Shown here one piece after another: positions 1 through 64,000 of a stretch of 64,000 nucleotides of DNA. The position numbers were made by a program, and so were the translations under genes. Within the stretch, counting starts at the first letter, position 1. Each line of letters opens with the position of its first letter. Below the pieces are notes generated by a model. The model was given only the letters and a program-made list of their open reading frames with translations, had not been told where the DNA came from and made no database searches. The DNA lies in assembly GCF_009914755.1 (NCBI RefSeq), contig NC_060940.1; one strand, 5' to 3'. This stretch comes from the human T2T-CHM13v2.0 reference genome, Homo sapiens.

Positions 1-131
1 GGCTATTTTTAGTTTCCCCTAATCTTGACAATGTAGGATAAGAGGGCAAGGAGAGAAATGATCAGATTTTCATTCTGTACTAAATTTACTTGTTCCAGTG
101 TCAAAGCAATAAAAAATCACCCCAAAATTAG

Positions 132-635
<504 letters not shown>

Positions 636-827
636 TAGGCCCTCTGGGAAGTTGGCTTTTCTTCCAACAGGATTTTGCATCTCCTATTTGGTGAGGGGAG
701 TCCCACTTTGGGGAGGAGGGCAGTTCCTACAAGCAGAAATAGAGGCCACAGTGCCCTACACTGCTCTCTGCCATTTGCAGCTGAGTTGGGGGAGAAAAAA
801 AAGACGATGATGAAAATTGTGACTTAC

Positions 828-52553
<51,726 letters not shown>

Positions 52554-52565
52554 TTATTTCTCCAT
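52554..52565 (-). promoter_or_regulatory. 3-codon upstream ORF (M-E-K-stop) abutting the VWA3A start codon
   Basis: Sense strand reads caaagATG GAG AAA TAA ATG AAG. Confidence 0.75.
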
Positions 52566-52800
52566 CTTTGGGAGAAGGGCTCCTGGCACTCCAGGGCCTT
52601 ACTTCTCCTGGATCTCACTTCTGGTTTCTCCAAGCTCCTCCAAGCAACTCAGCAGCGAAGCTTGCCCTGCGGGAATGTGTTAGCTGGTCTCCAAGGTAAC
52701 AGACTGCACCACTGCAGCTCGGGGCAGGGAAAGGGAAAACCTTCCTCACCCCAGGGAAGAAGTCACCAGCTGTGTTGTTGATAACCACTTCTCCCAGGTC
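52554..52800 (-). promoter_or_regulatory. VWA3A: VWA3A 5' UTR and proximal promoter (not a CpG island) with RFX X-box motifs
   Basis: Immediately 5' of the ATG. X-box GTCTCC-AA-GGTAAC at 52687-52700 and GTTGTT-GATAAC at 52774-52785. Few CpGs. The exact TSS cannot be read from sequence. Confidence 0.6.
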
Positions 52801-53502
52801 ACTCTGCTTTTCTCCACCTCACAAAAACCTGGAAGCAGGATTTAGACCTCTTTTCTAATTTCAGAACCTCTCAGTCAGCACAGAACTATGGTTTAGGCCA
52901 GTACAGCCCTGGTGCGTGCCTGTGGCCTTCCTGTGGTAGGAACAGAGGAGAGGTTCCAGAGAACTCTGCCACATGTGTCAAAGGTGGTAACTTTCTCTTC
53001 CTTCTCAGATTCCCTTGGGTTCCCTGAACACAGTCCCTGGGAGAGGTCAGACAGTCCCCTATCCCTACCCGGTCCAGCCCCACCTAAACCTGGCTAACAC
53101 AGCCAAGCTCAGTGACCTCTTCGCATCAGAAGAGATCATCTGCCACAGTGGTTCCTAAGCCCGGATGCCCATGAGAATCACCTGGATTGTTTGCTAGGAA
53201 AACATTCCCATTCAGGAGATTGATTCAGAACTGTGAAAAGGTGTGGGAATGTGACTTTTTAACAATGGCCCCAGGTGATTATGATGTAACTAGTCCTTGG
53301 CCCATAGCTGGGAATCTCTCCAAACCCTTCTTTTATAGTGGTCAAGAGAGACAAAGTGATGTCACCAAAGTCAACCAACTTGTAAGTCGCTAAAGGATCT
53401 GTACTTAGTTTTTCATATCCAGGTCATTTCTCAAATCAGTTTTCACTTTCTGAGAATTTTATAAGTTTTATAAACTTGTAAGTTTTATCAGTTAGAACAT
53501 GA

Positions 53503-57155
<3,653 letters not shown>

Positions 57156-57671
57156 GCAGTGGCAGGTATAGATAATATCTTGCTTTTGTTAAACTGATCA
57201 GTAAAATGTCTGTTAAAATACCCAATAAACTGTTAACAATGGTTATCTCTGGAAGGTGGATTGTGGAGGAGGGAACTTTTTGTTTCCTATATTATTTTTG
57301 TGTTTTTTAAAAAAATCTACAGATACATGTTATTGTAAAAAGAAAATTTGTGTCCCGGCTCAAGGTCATAATTTCTTTCTCCACAATAGCACATAAGGCA
57401 GGAAAAAGTTACTGATAACCCTGAAGGCAGAAATTAGGTAAAGTATTGGAGTGGTGCATGTAAGGGTGGGACTGCACCAAATAAGTTCATTTTGCTGCTT
57501 ACTACCTATCTTAGTAAAACATTTAGAAGATGAGGTAGTCAAAAGCCTTCTTAGATATGTCAGTTTTTAAAGAGCAATTTATTATGGAAAATGGAAAGGA
57601 TTTTGGTTCTTCAACTTCTTTGCATTTGTCATAGAAAACAAAGGAATGGAAAAGAGTGAGTTTTCATATTT

Positions 57672-57677
57672 TTTATT
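57672..57677 (-). terminator. Candidate distal polyadenylation signal AATAAA
   Basis: tttatt on the + strand; U-rich sequence follows on the sense strand (ctcttttccattcctttgttttct). Confidence 0.45.
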
Positions 57678-60559
57678 TAAGAAAATACTTGAATTGCCTT
57701 AGACAATATTAAATATTTAAACAACATGAGAAAGAGTGCCAGAGGTCAGAACATAGTATTTAGTTCACTGAGTTGCCCTGACAGATAATGAATGGGGATT
57801 GATTTAATAGTGACCAAATACACTGGCCATATTTACTAAAGTGCTGTAAAATGGCCAAGTGAGGACAACTGCATCTAAAATGAGATCAAATCCTCGAGTC
57901 CATTCCTTTTAGCAGAAATGATTAAAACCATCTTGGCAGGACCAAGTCTTTGCAAAACCTATCAAATGGATGGATGGCTTCAAGACAGCAGAGAACCCAC
58001 AAGCTTGAAGAGGCCTCCGGAGAGTTCACTCAGGATAAACGGGGTGCTGGCATCGTCCTGGTCCTCTCTGTACAGTAACAGTGTTACAGCCCTGTGAGTT
58101 CAGTAGTAAAGGATCTGGAGTCCATGGGGAAATTCTAAGGAGATCAATGGAACTGATATATTATATAGCCAAATACTTATTAATAAAGTAACCATCCTTA
58201 TAAAGGCTGATTTAGGCAAGCCTCTGCCTTCAGGAGGAAGTTCACTGAAACAAACCTGGCAGATTGATGACTCTGTCTTTCAAATCTCCAGGAAATATGG
58301 TTTCATAATTTTTCTTTATCACCTAGCCCCAACTTTAATTTTCATAATTCAGTGTGTAAAGCACTGTGCCAGGTTTCTAGTGAGTACACAATGAGGAAGC
58401 CATACTCTTTGCATTCAAGAGTTTATATAGTTATACAAAAGCACTTACTAATGACAATATCAGCAACTAACATTTGAATGCTTACTATGTGCTTGGAACT
58501 TTATCTCCTTTAAACCAACAATAGCCCCATTAAGTGGGTAATATTATTAGTCCCATTCTACAGATGAAAAAACCAAGGCTCACGTAAGTTACATGATTTA
58601 CTAAGGGTCACACAACTGGAATGGTGGAATTGAGATTTAATCCAGGCAGTCTATGCCTGTTTAGCAAGTTCTGTTACAGAAGCATAAGAAAAAGAGACAC
58701 AAAGCACAAAAGATTAGATATATTTCAAATATGGGAGGACTTTAAAACTGAGAGGAGGTGGTACAGACACAACCGGGGCAGGGAGCAGGTTGTAGTGAAT
58801 CTAGAATGGAGAACAGGCTGGTTGTCAGTAAGAAGTGACGAGAGAGAGAGGTGGGAAATGACTGAACAGAGAGCTTGAAGCCAGATCACGAAAGCTTGTC
58901 AAAGCTATGCTAAAGGAGTTTGGATTTCATTCTGTAGACAATGGGAATGACAGAAATGTGAACATGGAAATAATATGCTTTCTTTTGTGTTATGAGTATC
59001 TTGGCAGAATTGATTTGGATGGATCAGAGTGAATGGAGACCAGTTGAAGGAAGACTGGTTCAATGGCTAGAGAATATGAATGTTGGTCTTAAGTCCAAGG
59101 CCCACATGTCAAAGACGAGTGCTCTGCTGATATCTAGTTGAGTGACTTTGGAAAAGTCTGAGGCCTCGATTTCCTCACCTGGAAAGTGAAAACACTGGAC
59201 ATGCTCTTTGACATTTCATCCAGCACTGAAATTTTATAGTCTTGTGAAAAATCTCTTCTTGAAATGTTATCTTGGGTGGTCTTAGATTGTGTGTGACTGG
59301 AACTGGGGCTGATTTGTAAAACCCTTGAATGTGCTTGAAAATACCAACCCACAGTGTTTTCTTCTCCTGGGAAAAGAACCAAAACTCTTAAAAAATATAC
59401 ATTGTGCTTTCTATCTTTAATACCATTTATAAATAACTACCTTTATTTTTGTTGCTGGGTAACTGTGACCCAGAAGAGTTGACTTTGCATAAAAGGAACC
59501 CAGAGTCCTCTAGTCTTGGTGTTTTTCCTATAATCTTCTCATAGTGGCTAGAATAGAGATGATAGAAGAATAAGTCAAAATAAAGTATTTTTGAACCCAT
59601 GTTGTTTTCAAAGCCACTGTGTTACCTTTTCCTAAGGTATTACCAAATAGAAAAAGTGTCCCCTCCACCATAGCAGCTCAGCATAAATCTACCATTACAA
59701 TTTCCAATTGACCTATTCATTAATGTTTATAGAAAATAACCCCCCAAAAACCTCTAATCTGTGTTACAAATCAGGAGAAGATTTAGATGATGTGAAGATA
59801 GGGTAGGGTGACCAACTTATCCTAGTTTGCCTGGAACTTTCCCAGACATAGTACTTCAAGTCTCACCTCCAAGGAAACCCCTTAATCTTAGAACCCAAGA
59901 ACATCTAAATCTTACCATGTCTTAATCCTCCAATTCCCCAGGAGGCTCCTCAAAAGGCCACACAAGGAAGAATCAGCAGCAAACTGTAAATATTTTATTA
60001 TTATTATTCGGTTGGGCTAATCTTGACACCCCCAGAGAGAGCTATAGTTAAGCTGTGACAGGGCCTAAAGGCCTCTGTATTTGCTCCTCCAGCCCATACT
60101 TTAAGATTTTAAAAGCTAAGATCTTTTGGCCTGGAGTAAAGTAGAAACAGAAGACTGAAGCAAAGATGGACTTGGGTCTATGTGCAAGGAAGAAAGAATA
60201 GAAAGATAGTTGGCTTGAGGGCTTTGGCTTGGTTTCTCTCTCCTAGCTCATGGAAGCATGACGCAGAAGGGAAAGCCACATGTATGTGGTCTTTTATTGC
60301 TGAGTGACTCTTGGGTAATCATGGCCTAATCCACGTCCTGGAATATTAATGGCATCTCTTCTCTAGCGGTGAGCAAAGAGTGGGAGTGGAAGAAGATAGG
60401 GAAAGACCGCCCTCACCCCCCAATGCCAACAACAAAAAACCAACCCAAGAGGCATGGAAGTGGCACTTGTGAATATGTGAAACCTCCATAAGAAATCAAT
60501 TTTTTAAATGAAGCTTATTTCAAAGTAATAGAAGCCTTTTTAGTTTCTTTAGTAGACAA

Positions 60560-60565
60560 TTTATT
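60560..60565 (-). terminator. Candidate polyadenylation signal AATAAA (proximal 3' end of upstream gene)
   Basis: tttatt on the + strand at the edge of the AT-rich, repeat-free block 60500-64000. Confidence 0.5.
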
Positions 60566-63539
60566 TTGATAAACTTGCTCAATAACAAAAATACAAGTGA
60601 GGAAAATTATGTTCATTTTATACAGTTGTATTAACAATTTGTTTTGAAACTATTAATTGAAAAATGTTATAACCAATTAGAAAACAATTCTTAATAAAGT
60701 TTGGGATAATATACAGACCTTGATCACAAACTTCAAAATCTCTTGAGGTGATACAACTAAAAGTCCTGTGTAGGGAATCCTACCTACACGGGCCACTTTT
60801 TTCCTTCATGTTTTTATCCTTCAAAAATTTTCTGAAAGACAGCTTACTGTTTTGAATTGTGAATGTAAATTTAATTTTTTAAAGATGAAGTGGGTTGATA
60901 AAACAGTTACTATAATCAGAGTAACTTGTGGCTAGTAGTCTTTTAATAAAGACAAAATAAATGCAACATGTTCTTCCCATGAAGCCCATGATGCAAAATA
61001 ATAGCTAACAGCATATGCAAAGTTAGTTTCCAATACTGTATTTTTCAGGGCCTTTCCTCTAAATCAACAGATTGTTTGTCACCAGGACTATTTATTATTT
61101 CACTTAATAGATTAAACAGTGAATTCACAGAACATCAAGTGGGGATATCAAAGCTTTAGGCAAAAGGGTAAAAACCAATAGTGTTTTGGTCATCTAGAAC
61201 ATTAAAAAGAAAAAAGAGCCATCCTTCAAAAACAAAACAAATGAAACAGAAAATAGGTTTATAAGAGGTGGAAGAGTCAGAAAAATTACATACACACATT
61301 AACAACATAGAACATGGATTACCTTTGGAAAGAATCATACTGAAATGTTTGCTTTTAATAAATTGAAGATTTTTCATGTTTACAGATGTTTGGGTATGTT
61401 CAATAGGAGCTTCCAAAAATGTCAAACTAATTCAGTCTTGTGCAAATAAAACCTAAAAATAGTTTTCAGCAGATTTTACAGTGATATTCTTAGGTATGAG
61501 AAGAATGCACACACTCTAAAAACAATGAAACAGACAAAAGTTTGACAAATGATTGCACCATAAAACAGTGTTTTATATACAGTTTACAAGATACGATTTC
61601 CTGCTATAAATTAATACTGTACTATATAGTACTTATTATAGTGACCTTTTTTAAAAGCAACTGCGGACAGTTGTCTATCTTTTCACTTATAGGATTTATA
61701 GAAATCTATATGAATGAATCCATTTCAATGTCTGGTCTGCAAGAGTACGAAGACTTGACTTCACATACTACTTGATGGGATGGTTTAATCCTGGGTTAGA
61801 GTGCTGACTGGCTAGAGGGAGTTTTCCCCCATCAGCCCTGTATGCACTGGACCTCCAAGACAACAATGAAATTAAAGACAATTTAATGGTTTGGGTAATA
61901 GATACAAATAAAACCTTAAATTTTGTAATCTTAAATGCAATACCACCATAAGTGAAAGAAGTAAACAGTGGGGAAATTCTTAGCAGCTGAGAAACTTTCT
62001 CTCCCCATGCTCATGATCCAGTTAAAAATATTTTGAGAAACTATTTACAATACAATTCATCTTTTGGAAGAGAAAAGCTCTTGGTCATGTCATAAGTTAA
62101 TTTGAACCATACTTTGCTAACACTTTATCTCAGTGGTATATAACGGTGACAACCAAAGCTTTCCTTCAAAGTGATCCATTTGACTGAGGACCAATCAAAT
62201 CAGAATAGCAACTGCAATCCCAAATGTCCATAGAACATGTCCAGTGGTATTCTTAGACTTGACTAGACATCATCATACTTGGGGAGAAACAGTCTCCCTC
62301 AGGATCTCCCAAAGGTTTCTTTTACTCTGGGAAGGAAAAGTATGACATTCTCCCAGAACACTTAAGAAATGCACCACAGTGGTGGTCCATCTCTCTCCCC
62401 AATTCCTGAGTGAGCTCAAACACTGGGGTTTTCTTTCACAATAAAATACTGCTGAATTAACAGTAAGATAGAAGACTGTCAAACAAGCCAGTGTGAAACA
62501 CATCAAGCACCTCCATTTCATAGTGTGAATATCTGAGGAGGTAGCTCCCATCTTTGAAGTAATCATTCTAGAACTGATAATCTAGCCTTAAAAACAGTGC
62601 GTTCATTTCTGCTTGTGTGAAGCATGGGCCACATGGGACTCTACTGACAGGGAGTCATTTGGGTCATCAGTTCACTATAAATGACAGGGACATTTGGGTC
62701 ACCAGTTCACTATAAAGAGGAGAAACTTAGCTCCACTGCCATGAAACACCCTGTCCCACATTTCAAACAGGAGATTATCTATAGTGTTCACCAGGAAAAA
62801 CAAGCATTGATGCGAAGGCATGGAGATGTGGAGAAGAGAAATACTGTATTTTAAAACTGTGAGTTCAAGGGTTAGCTGCAATGCTTCTTTTAGGGAAGAA
62901 CTTAAAGCTGTGGGTTTAGTACAGCCCTTTAAAGTAAATGCAAAAATATTAGCTTTTAGCAAACAAAGGCATATAACATATAAAGAAAATATTGTATTGC
63001 TCAGGTTTTGGTAAAGATGTATTAATAATGCTTACAGATAAAAATAATGAAATTAGTGTTGTAAATAGCCAAAATAGCCAGATATTTACTAGCGAACTTT
63101 GTATTTATGTAAAGTGTGCCTGAACATATAAAATGCATTATTAATGTAACAGACTGAGCCAGTAGAAAAAGAATCTCTGTACAACAGACAACAGTTGCCA
63201 ATAATTTAAATAGTGTCAGATTCCCCAAATTATAAGGTTTGACATGATCTTACCTTCTACTATCATATACAAATAAATTAACCCTACAAATAATTTTTAG
63301 CTTAACTTAAAATCGCACCTAGAAAGGTATGGGATTATCTGTACCTATTACAAAAACCTGTTAAAATCAAGGGCTGCTACAAAGAATGAGGTAAACTGAA
63401 GACTCTCTCCACTATGCAGCCTTCAGATAAATGGCTTTTTTTTCTATTGGGTTCTAGGTTTGCACACCACAGTGTTTTGCTAGCAAAGCATTCAGAATTC
63501 TCTTCCAGGAACTGTTTGCATGTGTGTGTATATAAATTT

Positions 63540-63630
63540 ACACACACATACACACACACACACACACACATATATACACACTGTATACTGCATCAGCAAA
63601 ATATATATATTATATATATTTATATAAATA
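63540..63630. repeat. (CA)n and (TA)n microsatellite
   Basis: Direct reading. Confidence 0.9.
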
Positions 63631-64000
63631 TAAGGAAGATTTCCCCCACCCACCCACCCAAAACATGTGTCTTAGTGTTTGATTTTTTTTTTTTTTTGTA
63701 CACAGAGAGAGGGAATTTCAGAATTTTTACATACATTTTAGCAAACAAGTTTTGATCTATTGGCTTCTTGGTGCAGTAATGCAACGGCAATCCATTCTGG
63801 TGCCAAAGGCTCATACTATTACAAGGAAGTTGTGAACACTAATTTCTTAGGAGGTGAGGCCAGCCCCACATGAACTTCTCTTGCATCCCTCTGGTCCACC
63901 ATGACACATAAATACTTAGACTTTTTTTTTTCCTCTAATGAATCATTAGACATTAAAAACGGAATAACAGAGTCACAAAGGGCCACATGCTTTTCGGTAT

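Larger units (their letters stand above)
57650..64000 (-). other. MOSMO: Probable long 3' UTR and 3' end region of the upstream same-strand gene MOSMO (C16orf52)
   Basis: About 6.8 kb without an Alu, AT-rich, with minus-strand AATAAA hexamers and PUMILIO elements. Gene name is from remembered gene order at 16p12; no coding exon in the window. Confidence 0.6.

Noticed and set aside
57657-58067. Possible separate spliced terminal exon of the upstream gene (ctgtacag|AGAGG)
   Set aside because: Weak polypyrimidine tract; cannot be told apart from an unspliced UTR extension without transcripts.

Overview
Human (primate) genomic DNA, Alu-dense, with no prokaryotic features. The minus strand carries the promoter and the first 26 coding exons of VWA3A (ATG at 52553; exon 26 ends at 828; the gene continues past the left edge). 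I traced every exon by hand: all introns are GT-AG and phases are consistent, giving one uninterrupted 2730-nt / 910-codon reading frame. The right end (~57650-64000) is Alu-free and AT-rich with minus-strand polyA signals, probably the long 3' UTR of the upstream neighbour MOSMO (C16orf52). That call rests on remembered 16p12 gene order, as no MOSMO coding exon is visible. The rest is ~50 Alus plus L1, L2, MIR, MaLR/ERV1 LTRs, DNA-transposon relics and microsatellites. I found no new multi-gene system. The most unusual signals are: (i) three short (75-96 bp), ~96% identical, non-tandem, same-orientation copies 1-3.7 kb from their sources, one being exon 21 plus its splice donor placed just upstream of exon 19; (ii) an in-frame strong-context uORF (ATG GAG AAA TAA) abutting a weak-context main ATG; (iii) RFX X-boxes at the promoter and in intron 6; (iv) a repeated protein module with degenerate MIDAS motifs.
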